A stretch of 64,000 nt of DNA from the human T2T-CHM13v2.0 reference genome, Homo sapiens, in assembly GCF_009914755.1 (NCBI RefSeq), contig NC_060931.1. One strand, given 5' to 3'. Below, piece after piece: positions 42,351-55,779 of the stretch; position 1 is the stretch's first letter; each line of letters opens with the position of its first letter. The notes below the pieces were generated by a model, which saw only the letters and a list, made by a program, of their open reading frames with translations, was not told the origin of the DNA and made no database searches. Made by a program: the position numbers and the translations under genes.

Positions 42351-42451
42351 CGTGTGACAAAGGCCAGTGATGACCAGTGGGATGAGTTACAAAAGGGCAA
42401 GGGCATAGTGATGAAACTGACAATAACCCCAAGTTCTTAGAGGCTGGCAGG

Positions 42452-42806
42452 TTTTATCAGTCAGAATAGTAAAGATACAGTAAAGATAAACAAACAACTC
42501 CCACATTTCGGCTGATTAATATAACAGAAAGTTACTGTACAATCCTTATACAGGTTCATCCTAGGTCAGCAGGAGTCTCTGCCCCTAATCACTTAGGGAC
42601 ATAGGCTAGGCAGTGGGACCAGAATTATGCAAAGTCTCAGAGCAGCAATTACATGCTTTAGCTTGGTGAAAATATGTTCCTCTGTGTTCACAATCCTCTG
42701 ACCAGAACTGGTCACACCGCCCTACCCAGCCACAAGAGCAGGTGTTCAGTATTCAGTGCGCTGGGTGGAAACAAGAGGTAGACAGCGGGAATCCCAGTAA
42801 TGACTA
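42452..42806 (-). mobile_element. MLT1J-like LTR
   Basis: ttatcagtcagaatag...aacaaacaactccc; accagaactggtcaca...cagccacaag; cagtaatgacta. Confidence 0.65.
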
Positions 42807-43214
42807 GATGGAGACCCTGCTTCAGAGTCACAGATGAATTTCCCCTTAACTCACAAGGCTTTATTTCTCCAGCTCATACATTATTCAACATCTCCTACAA
42901 ATGGAAGAACTGTTTCCTGAGCCAACATGGCACTTATTTTTTAATCCCTTAAGCTATTTTATTTAAAAATATATTTCTTTTTGCCATCACCATATCCCAG
43001 TTCTTGGCTTTCAGTAAATATTTACTAAGTGAATTAATGTTTGGCTACACTTTGTGCCTGATGACAATGGCACTCAGCTGTGTGTGTTCTATGGAAATTC
43101 CTCAATACTGTTAACAAAGTGTTTACCAGATAAGTTTGAACCAACTTGCAATGTGTATCTCCCCTTAGACATCTACAATAAACATAAACATATCACAAAA
43201 TTTAATTACACAAT

Positions 43215-43440
43215 AAGAGCTGTGCTATATAATGTCAGTTTAAGGGTTAGGTTCAGCAGTCCAGTAGTTTTTTGTTTGCTTGTTTGTTTTTAATCCTAGT
43301 TCCTTTATTAATTTGGCAAAAATCTTAATTTTTCTGGGCCTTAAATTTCTATAACTGTGTAATGGTGACACTAATATATACCTTACTGTGTTATTGCTTT
43401 AGTTAAATTACATGTTACATAATGTTCATAGCCCAATATT
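43215..43440 (+). mobile_element. MIR relic
   Basis: aatcctagttcc...ggcaaaaatcttaatttttctgggcc...actgtgtaatgg. Confidence 0.6.
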
Positions 43441-43457
43441 AATAAATAAATGAAACA

Positions 43458-44410
43458 GGCCAGGTGCGGTGGCTCACGCCTGTAATTCCAGCACTTTGGG
43501 AGGCTGAGGAAGGCAGATTACTTGAGATCAGGAGTTCGAGACCAGCCTGGCCAACATGGCAAAACCTTGTCTCTACTAATACTACAAAAATTAACCGGGC
43601 GTGGTGGCGGGTGCCTGTAATCCCAGCCACTCTGGAGGCTGAGGCAGGAGAGTCGCTTGAACCTGGGAGTCAGAGGTTGCAGTAATCCGAGATAGTGTTG
43701 CAGTGTGGTAGGCCAGGTCTCACTGACACAGGCCTCCATAACAACTGTTTCAGTACTGACTGAGTGGTTAAGTTAAATATTAAAAGCCAGTCCCCTTATA
43801 CAAAGTCTTGGGATATAACAAAAGCCCACCAAGTGTTTTGCCTAGGCCTTTTCTGGGCCTTAAACCATGACAAAATAACGAAGGAATTCATAACAGGACC
43901 CATTTAGGATTAAATGAGGTGTATTGTGGGTCTGAAGAAATTCCCCAGGCCTCCATAGACAAGTTTATTGGGGGTCTGGGGTCTGAAGAAACTCCCCAAA
44001 CCTCCCTGATTTAGTAGGAGACAAGGGTAATCACCCCAGCACCTGGATCCATATAGATTAAGTAAATTTACTGAGGCTCCAGGGGAAGGTCCTCAGGACT
44101 CAGACCTTAATTATAGATCAGCAGAAGTTAATCACTTATGTCTTCAGATGAATGCACACTTACAGATAGACATATAGCTTAGAAGGTATATAAGCTCTGG
44201 AAAATTTTGTGATTTTGAGTTGGTCTGGCGATAATTTCCAGGCCTTCTCCCTGTAACCAGTTGCAGAAATAAAAACTCTCTTCCCAGCTCATCTGCTTCT
44301 CCTTATTGGGCCGCGAGAAACAGCAGCCCAACCCTCAGTTTGGTCTGGGAACAACTGTACTCCAGCCTGGGTGACGGAATGAGGCTGTGTCTCAAAAATA
44401 AACAAACAAA
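43458..44410 (+). mobile_element. AluS (Sz/Sx-like) split in its right arm by an ERV1 LTR
   Basis: Alu runs to gagatagtgttgcag (43703) and resumes actgtactccagcctggg at 44354. Confidence 0.9.
43704..44353 (+). mobile_element. LTR15-like ERV1 solo LTR
   Basis: TG...CA ends (tgtggtaggccaggtctcact ... ggtctgggaaca); TATA box 44187-44194; AATAAA 44268-44273; family name from recalled consensus. Confidence 0.75.
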
Positions 44411-44619
44411 ATAATAAATTAAAACTAATTTTATTAATTTTTATTGTTACTATTTTATAGTGTCATAAATCACAGTTAACCACAAATTATTCTTGTTAGA
44501 AAATACACTTTTTTATGAAATTTGGCAGGAAAGTTTTTGTTTACATGGAGTTCCATAAAGAGCCCTTGATGTAGTAAGAACTCATAAGGCAAGCAGGCAG
44601 CTGAGGCCTCCTGAGACAG

Positions 44620-45545
44620 GAATGCACATAGCGCTTGGGCCCTGCAGGCGGAGCGGGCTCGGGGACCTGGCGCAGCGCTCTGTCACTCTGGGAAGGAGGC
44701 GCTAGCCCGCCAGGCCGCGGCTGATGCTGGGGTCCTGCACTAGCGCGAAGGTCAGCTCCATGCCGGCGAGGCCAGGACGGACTCCAGAGCCTCAGTGTGC
44801 TGAGCGCAGGCGCCCAGTACTCGGCGGAGCTGGCGCCCCGCTAGACGCAAGGACTCCACAAGGACCCCAGAGCCAGATCCCTGCGAGGCCCCGGCATTCC
44901 CTGACCTGGCGGGGAATCCTGGCCCCCGATGGTCTACGGCAGCCCCCAGCCGGCTCCTGGGATGGCTTGCAGCGCCCGCAGGCTTCTCCAGCCTCCAGAA
45001 CTGCAGGAGCTGCGGTCCAAGCCAGCTCCTGGGCTCCGGGAGAAACTGAGGTACGTGGCGCCCGAGCTGCCAGCAGGCGTGCAGAGGCGGGGTGGGACAC
45101 AGCAGGTCTGGGATGCGGCTGCTTCATCCCTGCCTTCTCCTTCACACACAACCCTGGCCCTGCCCCACCCCAGCCAAGGCCCCCTCCGCATCCCTGTGCT
45201 GGAGTGTCCCCAGTGGTTAGGTGCGAAGTTCGCGGAGGTGGACTGAGGAGTGTTGACAGCCACCGCTTTGAAACCCCTACTTAGGCCGCGGCCCCACAGC
45301 ACGCTCCCGTGGGGCGCGTTCGTGCTTAGCTGCAGCGCCTCCTCTGGCACCACAGGGCTGCATGCGGACGGCGGGTCTTGCGGGCCACGGGAAGGAAGGA
45401 CGGGGAGGAGTGCGCAGCCCCACTTTGCGCCAGGGGAAAACCATGTTCGTCTGACAGGTTAGGACACCAAGATTATAGTCAACAAAAACACAAAGGCCCA
45501 AGTCCATGGGCGGCCCTTGGCAAGGGCTAAACCGGGAAGTGAAAA
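44620..45545. promoter_or_regulatory. CpG island, candidate promoter/enhancer of an unidentified (probably non-coding) transcript
   Basis: ~900 bp GC-rich, several CpGs per 60 nt over most of its length, in an otherwise CpG-depleted window; not Alu-derived. Confidence 0.75.
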
Positions 45546-45560
45546 CAATCTGGTCTACAA

Positions 45561-45846
<286 letters not shown>

Positions 45847-45919
45847 CTAGCGTAGATTTTTAAGGGAACTCTAGGCTAGACCTTCCAGGTTCTTATCTCA
45901 CCAGGATAGGCCGAGCCCC

Positions 45920-46105
45920 TCTTCATTTGTTGAAGGACCACTTGTGTTTCCTGTTCTGGGAACTTGCTTCATTTTTCTCCTGGGATGTTAATCTTTACAG
46001 CAATCTCTATGTTTGGGGGAATTGGTACTTTGTTTGTAATATGAGATATAAATATTTTTTCCCAGTTTATCTTTTAACTTTGCTTATGGTTTTTTTTTTT
46101 TTGAC
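45920..46105 (-). mobile_element. Old L1M fragment
   Basis: aaatatttttcccagtttatcttttaactttgcttatgg, antisense ORF2 3' region. Confidence 0.55.
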
Positions 46106-46189
46106 TTGTTACTGTAAAATGAAACACATTACATAAAAAATCAATAAAACATTTATCTTTCCAAATATATTAATAAAACTTCAAGCCCT

Positions 46190-47050
46190 AATTAGAAGAA
46201 TAAAGGTTGATAAATTTGACTAAGCCTAATTTATAGATGTATACACAGATTCAAAAGATAAATGCAAAAATGAAAAAATTATCAGCAGTTCATAACACAG
46301 CCAAAAGTTTAAATCTTTTAATATACTAAGAAGTCTTATAAATTAATTGTAAAAGTCACTATCACTCAGTACCAAAAATATATACAAATGATATGACCAA
46401 ACATTTCACAGACACAGAAATACAAATATGGAGTGCAAATGTAAAATACTCAGCCTCATTCATAAAGAGCTACACATTGAAACGACAGTGAGGTATCATT
46501 TCTTCCATATCCTATTAGTTTAAACCTTCACATAAATTTAATTAGCCAATATTTCAAAATGTAACATCTGTTGCTGGAAAAGTTTTGAAACAATTGACCA
46601 CATTTGTCATGCCAGGGTTAGAATACTTAATTGGGAAAGATTATATCACATTAGATAAGTTAATGACTTCCATCTTGGAATTTCCATGAAGAATTCATTC
46701 CTCAGAGGCAAACACTATAGAAAGAGAAGTTTTAAAAGCACATTTTTGGAAGAGTGAGGAATAAGAAATGATTTAATATCTTATACCTGTTACCTGATGT
46801 AAGTTTGGAAATCATGGACAGTTGTCAATATGTAATTTATTGCAAGGCTAGTTGAAAAAAAAGTACTAACGACCTTTATCATATAATGTGACTACAGGTC
46901 TGTAAATTGCATATTAGTGGTGAATTGATATTAACAGGAAAAGAAAGAAACTGTGTATAAAGGTGGAGAACTTAGAGAAAATTTTGTAAATATTCTTGTT
47001 ATTATATTTTCTTCCCATAATAAATATAAAATTATGATCCATAATTTACG
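46190..47050 (+). mobile_element. Old L1M (L1ME-like) fragment
   Basis: gataaatttgacta, aaacatttcacagacacagaaatacaaat, gaaacgacagtgaggtatcattt. Confidence 0.6.
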
Positions 47051-47143
47051 GTCAAATGACAATTTCCTTCAATATAAAGCCTTAGGTTATTATCATACAT
47101 TTTTTAAAGTTATACTTCAGAATAAGTGTTGCTGTGGATTTTT

Positions 47144-47459
47144 TTTTCTTTTTTTCTTTCTTTTTCTTTTTTTTTTTTTTGAGATGGATTCTCACCCTGT
47201 CACCAGGCTGGGGAGCAGTGGCATGATCTTGGCTCACAGCAACCTCCGCCTCTGGGGTTCAAGTGATTCTCCTATCTCAGCCTCCCAAGTAGCTGGGATT
47301 ACAGGCACATGCCACCACGCCCAGCTAATTTTTGTATTTTTAGTAGAGACAGGCTTTCACCATGTTGGCCAGGATGGTCTCGATTTCTTGACCTCGTGAT
47401 CCGCCCACCTCGGCCTCCCAAAGTGCTGGGATTACAGGCGTGAGCCACCGTGCTGTGCC
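47144..47459 (-). mobile_element. AluSc
   Basis: ctgtcaccaggctgg diagnostic; 14-bp TSD tgctgtggattttt. Confidence 0.93.
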
Positions 47460-48879
47460 TGCTGTGGATTTTTAAAAGCATCTATTCCTCAGAAAATAAA
47501 TGAATAACATTTAGTAATCATAATACAAATAATTGAAGCCTTTTCTTCTAGACTCTTATAAGAACTATTCTCCAACTCAACACCATGAGAATGCCTGAAC
47601 ATTACCCAAGAAACGTTGCATCTCCAGACCTGTGGAAACTGTAAATTTTCCTTTCCTTGAGATATTCATTCTATTAGATCTTCCCTGCTTTCAGAGAGTC
47701 AGGGAGCGTCGCCACTCATGAGGGTGGTCAGGGCGTCAGGGGCCAGATTCCCCGGAACAATCCTGCCTTTCTTACTTCTGGTCTCCACTCTGCTCAGTCC
47801 TAACATCTCTGCCATCAGTGAGCGCTTTTTTTGCAGCCACAAAGCTGTGAAGCATTTTTATCTCATGACTCCTTCCACAGAAGGAAATCTTTCAGCCCCG
47901 CTGGAGCTAACTTTGTTGCTGTTGTTTTGAAAACTGCTCTTCAAATCTGGTTTTTCGCAGAAGTTTGAATGCACAGCACTGGGCACAGCCCTGTGTCTTG
48001 CACACTGCTCTAGAAGCAGGCCCTTGTTACATGGAAGGGAATTTAATGTGATCCCTCACCCTTACTGGCTCAATCAGGATCCACTTTCCCCCAGGGCTTA
48101 ATTTAGGTTAACATCATCCTGGTGTCATGACCTCAGTCTGCTGATAACTTACTTCAAAACCCTCTTTCCAACTCTTGATATTAGGTTTCAGGATGGCTGC
48201 CACTGCAAATATCAGAAACCCCTATTAACATTGACTTGAATAATGAAGTGGTTATTCTTTCATAGAGCAAGGAGATACAGACAAAACAGTTTTAGATCCA
48301 GCTAGCTCAGCAAACTCGAAGCTGGAGGAAGAGGATCTGTGGATGAAGATTTCCTAGAAAAGGACAGAAAGCAAGGACAAGGAAAATAAAAAGCCAAAGA
48401 TCAAGTATCTAAGAGAAATGTAGAAACATAGACACAGGGTGGCCTGACTACAGAACCAAGTCCTGGAAGAGATGGGGCATCAGCCAGACTCTACCCAGTG
48501 GACGCCAGCTAGGTGGAGTCTTCATCCTGGAAGTGACCCTGTCCATTTGCCCCCTGGAAGCCAGGATGGGTCCTCAGGAGGGACAAGTCCAAGAAACTGG
48601 AGAGGTTAGAAACATGGACCCATCGGGACATTGCCGAGTTGATCCATGAGTGGCTGACAGGTTGTAAATTTCACAGGGTGTGAGGTTGTGACTCCAGCTA
48701 ATGCCTGTGTTGACTCTTCCAGCGTGGCTGCCATGCTTTTTCTATGGTTGGCCAGTCTTGGTAGGGGGTGGGCCAGGTAATGCGTGGCATTGAGGCACTC
48801 TTACTCAGTACCACAAGCCCGTGCTGCTCACTGGCAGGACTTTTCCAGAAGGATTCTTAGTTCACCTGACAAAATCAAC

Positions 48880-49570
<691 letters not shown>

Positions 49571-49849
49571 TGCCTTTTTGTAGCATGTGAATAATTCAGT
49601 AAATCTCTACAGCACACACAGTAACATACATACACACATTCACACCAAATTATCCATTTTTTTGCTTTGTCATCCTCAGATTTTTGGCTGTGCTTTTCGG
49701 TTTTTCTTTCATTTTTTGCATAATGATTATAGCAGCTCCAAGCATCTGATCGGATTTGTATCTACTCCAATTGTATCTAAAGTACTTGCATGCTTTTTAA
49801 AATGTACATGATTTCAAAATCCATGCTATTGACATGATTTTTTTTTACA

Positions 49850-51060
49850 GTGAAAAGCAATGGAAAACTGAATAGTTTAAAGTAGGTGATATGTCTGATT
49901 TGGGCTTTAAAATGTTACTCTGTTACCAGGGTAGATAACAAATTGAAAAAGTCAATATGGCCATTGCAAGTAACCAGGTGAGATCATCTTGGCGTGAATA
50001 TCAGTTTCATCAGTGGTGATGGAGAGCAGACAATCTCTAGCAGTAGTTAGGAGGTATAAGCAACTGGCCTTGGGGAGTGATCGAAGGTGTGGGGGTCAGT
50101 CACAGGAGTTACCAAGGGTGACTGCCAGGTTCCTGCTTGCCATGAGGGGTGGAGGATGTTACCTGTCACTTACAATGGAAATGTGTATGATGGAAAGCCA
50201 TGATTCTAATTTTAGACAACAGAGTATTCCACACTTACAAAATACCCAGTAGATGATAATCTGAAGTAGAGAGAATTTTTATTTTTTTCAACATAATCAA
50301 TCTTCATTATTATCAGATTTCACATTTTTCAATTTACCTATTTGCTAAAATTTGCTTGTAACCCCTCAAGTCAATACCCGTGGTGCTTTTGTGGTCGTTC
50401 ATGGACATGCCCAGAGCAGCAAAAGCTCTTGTGTCTCCTGGTACAGATATTCCCTGCTGAGGGCAACCAAGCCATGCTCTGCCTTCTTGTCTAAGCTCTC
50501 ATAATGGTAGCAAGGGGCCTTGTCACAGTCTATTTAGTGGCATATTTTTGCATTTTCTGCTTTTGTTGGTGATTTTGCTATTTAGAATACCTGCAGAGTA
50601 TGACTGTGATATGCCTTATGAAGAAAATACAAGTGTTAGAGAAACTTAGTGAAGGCATGAGTTACAGTGCTGTTGGCTGCAGGTTCCATGCTAATTAATC
50701 AACAGCATATAATAAATACGTTGTCCATAAACAGATACGTAAAACAAGGTTTTGTATTGATTGGTTGATGGAAATGCTATGATCAGAGGCTCACAAGTAC
50801 TTAACCCCATGTTTCCCTTCAAAGCCACACATCACTAATTCAGTGCATTCACTAATTCAGTGTTTACAGCAAGTCTGTAGAACATAGCTACTGCAAAAAA
50901 GAAAAGAGAGAGAGAGAATCAACCATGTATGTATATATGCCAGAGAATCCATGTGTACAGATAAGTTTGCATTGGAGGAGATTATACATTGATCAAAGAA
51001 GAGAGACGAAGATCGATCCTTAAGAATTTCCAAATTTAATGATTTAGTAGAGATCAACAG
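49850..51060 (-). mobile_element. L2 relic split by MER82
   Basis: gatatgtctgatttgggctttaaaatgttactctg, caagtaaccaggtgaga, aagggtgactgccaggttcctgcttg. Confidence 0.55.
50294..50925 (+). mobile_element. MER82 TcMar-Tigger DNA transposon
   Basis: tcaatcttcattatt...ttgctaaaatttgcttgtaacccc...ctctgccttcttgtc...gaacatagctactgc...gagaatcaac. Confidence 0.8.
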
Positions 51061-51454
51061 GCATGGTGATGATGCACCTATGTGGAGATACAGCACTTCC
51101 TCAACACCTAACTTACTAATTTGTACATAACATTTCAAAATAAATGTTTATTAAATCTTTAATTAGTTAAGTTTTCAAAAGTGTTATAAAATCCACTTTT
51201 AGTCAAACTCTAGGTAAATGGACAAATCTTTACTGTCATTATAAAATTTTCCCATTCTTTCAGAGAACAGAATAGAAATAACATTTCTCAAATTCCAGTA
51301 AAAAATTTGCTTCATTTTTTTAGTAATCTTACTCAAAGGAATTTATCTCAAGATATTTATTCAACAGATTAAAAATAAAGAGACAAAATTACAATATCAT
51401 AGACACAGCTGCATAAATTTAGAGTCATCTTTTTGATGTTTATTTTTAATTTAA

Positions 51455-53446
51455 AAAAATCTCATTTAGCTTTTATTTTAGGTTCACAGGTACATGTGCA
51501 AGTTTGTTATGTAGGTAAAGTGTGTGTCACAGGGTTTTGGTGTATAGATTATGTCATCATCTGGGTAATAAGCCAATACCCAATAGTAAGATTTTTTATC
51601 TTCTCCCTCCTCCCACCCTCAACCCTCAAGTAAGACTCAGTGTCTTTGGTTCCCTTCTTTGTGTCCATGGGTTTTCATCATTTAGCTCCCACTTATAAGT
51701 GGGAACATGTATATTTGGTTTTCTGTTGCTGTGTTAGTTTGCTTAAGATAATGGCCTCCAGCTCCATCCATGTTGCTGCAAAGGACATGATCTCATTCAT
51801 TTTTATGGTTGCATAGTATTCCTCAGTGTATATGTACCACATTTTCTTTATCCAGTGCTCTATTGATGGGCATTCAGGTTGTTTCCATGTCATTGGTATT
51901 GTGAATAGTGCTGCAGTTAACATATATGTGTGTGTGTCTTTATGGTAAAATAATTTATATTCCTTTGGATGGATACCCAATAAAAGGATTGCCATATCAA
52001 ATGACATTTCTGTTTTAAGTTCTTTGAGGAATTGCCAAAATGCTTTCCACAGTGGGTGAACTAATTTACATTCCCTCTAGCAGTGTGTAAGCATTCTCTT
52101 TCCTTCACAATCTTGTCAGTATCTGTTATTTTTTGACAGTTCAATAAAAACCATTCTGGCTTATTATTAAAGCCAGAGATGGGTATCTCACTGTGGTTTT
52201 GATTTGCATTTCTTTAATGATCAGTGATGTCATGCATTTTTTTCATATGCTGTTGGCCGTGTATGTCTTCCTTTGAAAAGTGTTTGTTCATGTCATTTGC
52301 CCACTTTTTAATGGGGTTGTTTGTTTTTTGCTTGTACATTTGTTTAGGTTCCTTATAGATGCTGGGTATTAGACCATTGTTGGATACATAGTTTGCAAAT
52401 ATTTTCTTGCATTCTGTTTACTCTGTTGTAGGTTGTCTGTTTACTCTGTTTACTCTGTTGATAGTTTCTTTTGCTGTGCAGAAGCTCCTAAGTTTAATTA
52501 GGTCACACTTGTCAATTTTTGTGGGGCTTTTTTGCAGCTGCTTTTGGCATCTTCATTGTGAAATCTTTGCCTGTTTCTATGCCCTGAATGGTATACCCTA
52601 GTTTATCTTCCAGGGTTTTTATAGTTGTAGGTTTTAAATTTAAGATTTAATCTGTCTTGAGTTGATTTGTTGTATATGGTGAAGGAAGGGGTCCAGTGTC
52701 AACTTTCTGCATATGGCTAGCCAGTTATCCCAGCACTGCTTATTATGTAGGGAGTCCTTTTCACCCCATTGGTTCTTTCTATCAGGTTTGTCAAAGATCA
52801 GATAGTTGTAGGGGTGCCACATTATTTCGGGGCTCTCTATTCTGTACCATTGATCCATATGTCTGTTTTTGTACCAGTACCATGCTGTTTTGGTTACTGC
52901 AGTCTTGTCACATAGTTTGAAGTCAGGTAGCATGATGCCTCTATCTTTGTTCTTTTACTTAGGATCGTCTTGGCTATTTGAGCTCTTTTTAGGTTGCATG
53001 TGAATTTTAAAATAATTTTCTCTAATTCTGTGCAGAATATCATTGGTAGTTTAATAGGAATAGCATTGAATCTGTAAATTGCTTTGGGAAGCATGGCTAT
53101 TCTGCTAATATTGATTCTTCCTACCTATGAGCATGGAATGTTTTTCCATTTGTTTCTGTCTTCTCTGATTTTTTGAGCAGTATTTTGTAATTCTCATTGT
53201 AGGATCTTTGACCTCCCTGGTTAGCTGTACTCCTAGGTGTTTTATTCTTTTTGTGGCTATTGTGAATGAGACTGTGTTCTTGATTTGGCTCTCAGCTTGT
53301 CTATTGTTGGTGTATAGGAATGCTACTGATTTTTGTACATTTATTTTGTATCCTGAAACTTCGCTGAAGTTGTTTATCAGATCTGAGACTATGAGGTTTT
53401 CTAGGTATAGAATCATATTGTCTGCAACTAGGGATAGTTTGACTTC
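51455..53446 (-). mobile_element. L1PA (PA15/16-like) 5'-truncated LINE-1, ~2 kb of ORF2 C-terminus plus 3'UTR
   Basis: ORF track peptides [28 protein letters not shown] and WIKKMWYIYT are L1 ORF2; broken by frameshifts. Confidence 0.93.
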
Positions 53447-54790
53447 TGATTAATGTTTATACATCTATTTCAGTGAAAAGGTAGGAATGCTGTAAAAAAC
53501 AGTACATTTTCCTTGGAAAAATACTAATTGAATATATATATATCTATACTTTAAAATATTATTATATCAATATAATTAATATATATTAGAAATAATAAGT
53601 TAGTATTATTTCTTTGGGAAACAATGTTAATAGTATATGTTTTATACAAGGCATTTTTGATACTTTTTAGCATATGTGTTTGTTTTTTGTTTCTTAGATG
53701 GTACAGCACAATTCAAACTTTATATAAGTTTGTTGTTCCATTATCCCCATGCAATATTTAGAATTTGCTATGTGTAAAATTTCAAAAATAACAGTAAAAA
53801 AGAATTAGGATTTAAAAACCTTTTTTTAGCTGTTTTACAATTTAAGTATGTGATTATGTGTGTGTGTGTGTTTATATTTTAAATTACTGGAAATGTAAAA
53901 TGAATTGGAAATTACAACTAAGTACCCAAACAAACTGGTCCTTCCCACAGTAGGTAGCATTGCTGTAGAATTTCTTACAGTCTAGATGTTGTTGATTTCC
54001 TCCCTGTGGTTTTGTTTAACATTTCTACCTGTGTCATCTAATTGGTAGCTGGCAGAACCTTCTACATTCTCTTTTCACATGTGCACTAATACCCCAGATA
54101 CTTTTCACTGAGTTGCCAAAACAAATTCTTGTGTGATAAAATGCAGCGATCTTGTCTGCCTTAACACTCCTTGACTATTTTCATTCTTTCTTACAAACCA
54201 TTTTCTTCTTACATGTATTCAACTGGCCCAGCACTTCTGTATTTCTTGAGTTCATTCCTTCATGATTCACATGCAATTTATGTGAGGGTTGATATAAATT
54301 ACACCGAAATGTCACAGAGATGATATAAGGCAAATGCACAAGATTAGTATAATGCCATGAGCCTAGAGGCATGCATGTTACATTCAGCAATTACAGTTAT
54401 TCAGTGTTCTTAAACATGTGACGACCTTGGTCTCCCTGGAAGGACTCAGTTGTGGTTTGACTTAGAGCATATTGTGGTTTGACTTCGAGCATAAAACAGA
54501 CCTGAGAGGCTCCTGCCTCAAGTTTATTTAGGGGTGTAGATCCTCTCTGACTGATTAGAGAGGCTCCAATGAGTGGGAAGAGAGATAGGACCGGGTGCTC
54601 CATAGATCCTCTCTGATTAGCAAGGCTGCAAAGAGTGGGAGGAGAGGTAGGACCAGGGCCTACATGACCTGTGAGTGAACGTGTGGGAAGTGGAACTAGG
54701 AGGTCTCTGTGCTATGTGTTTATGGCAGCAGACATGCATCTGTTGGCCTCTCATCCCATTGTCTCACTATTTTGTAGCACTCAGTAATTT

Positions 54791-55077
54791 TTTTTTTTTA
54801 AGACAGTCTCGCTTTGTCACCCAGGCTAGAGTGCAGTGGCATAATCTTGTCTCACTGAAACCTCTACCTCCCAGGTTCAAGCGATTTTCCTGCCTCAGCC
54901 TTCTGAGTAGCTAGGACTACAGGCGCCCTCCACCATGCCCAGCTAATTTTTGTATATTTAGTAGAGACAGGGTTTCACCATTTTGGCCAGGCTGGTCTCG
55001 AACTCCCAACCTTGTGATCTGCCCGCCTCAGCCTCCCAAAGTGCTAGGATTACAGGCATGAGCCACCACGCCCAGCC
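54791..55077 (-). mobile_element. AluS (Sg-like)
   Basis: Antisense Alu; TSD tcagtaattt at 54781-54790 and 55078-55087. Confidence 0.93.
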
Positions 55078-55779
55078 TCAGTAATTTGACTGTTTTATTT
55101 TTTGGGTTCATATTCACAAACTTTCACCACCATTTTTTCACTTTGGTTGCACATAGAAAAATTTTAATGCCAGGAATTACAGCATGATGATTATGTATGT
55201 ATTTGCATATATTTTCCCATTTGGCTATTGCCTGAGGGAAAAAAAGTAAATATTAAGAATGATGCAGTATATGTAAAGTCCAGTGAAAGCATATTTATAA
55301 CAAAGAGTACTGTTGGCCTTGAAGCTATGATTAAATCTGCATATATTACTTTTTGCACACATCCATTGATTTCTGGATATAATGTATATACAAAAAGACT
55401 AATGTCACTGAAATGGTATTAAAATACTCCAAGAAAACTGATTGCATTTCCTTATTTCCATTAAGTAGGAAATTAATACAAATACTGGTTATTGGTCTTT
55501 GTAGATCACGATTACTTTTTCAGATAATAGATAGATAGCTCAGTACTGGTCACAATTCACATTTTTCTGACTGTCTTCCCAGGACCACAATATGTAGCTC
55601 ATCCTTGTAAAATAATGAACTACATCAAACTCTGTAGCTTCATAAAGGGAAGATGAAGTTTTACATTCTGTACTGTACTGTAGTTTAGAAGTGTATTGCT
55701 ACCCAGTTGTATGAAGAACAAACACTGTTAATTGTCTCCTTTTTGAACTGTTTGCTCAGTTTAAGAATTATTCAAACTA

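Noticed and set aside
44724-45284. 186-aa ORF, and overlapping ORFs on both strands, in the CpG island
   Set aside because: It is Ala/Pro/Gly/Arg-rich with no recognisable domain. Long ORFs in several frames are expected from stop-codon scarcity in GC-rich DNA.
45330-45349. CTCF-like motif (minus strand gccagaggaggcgc)
   Set aside because: Several core mismatches, and expected by chance in a CpG island.
45920-47050. Opposite-orientation L1 pieces suggesting a twin-priming inversion
   Set aside because: Both pieces appear to cover the same ORF2 3' interval, which favours independent insertions.
46953-47399. 148-aa ORF and other ORFs with SPRLECSG / WDYR / LIFVFLVE peptides
   Set aside because: These are standard translations of antisense Alu sequence.
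51693-53416. Several ORFs with real protein similarity
   Set aside because: They are fragments of L1 ORF2 in a truncated, frameshifted L1PA, not a host gene.
54402-55311. cagtgttctt ... aagagtactg resembling hAT-Charlie termini
   Set aside because: I recognised no TSD or internal family match, so it is too weak to call.
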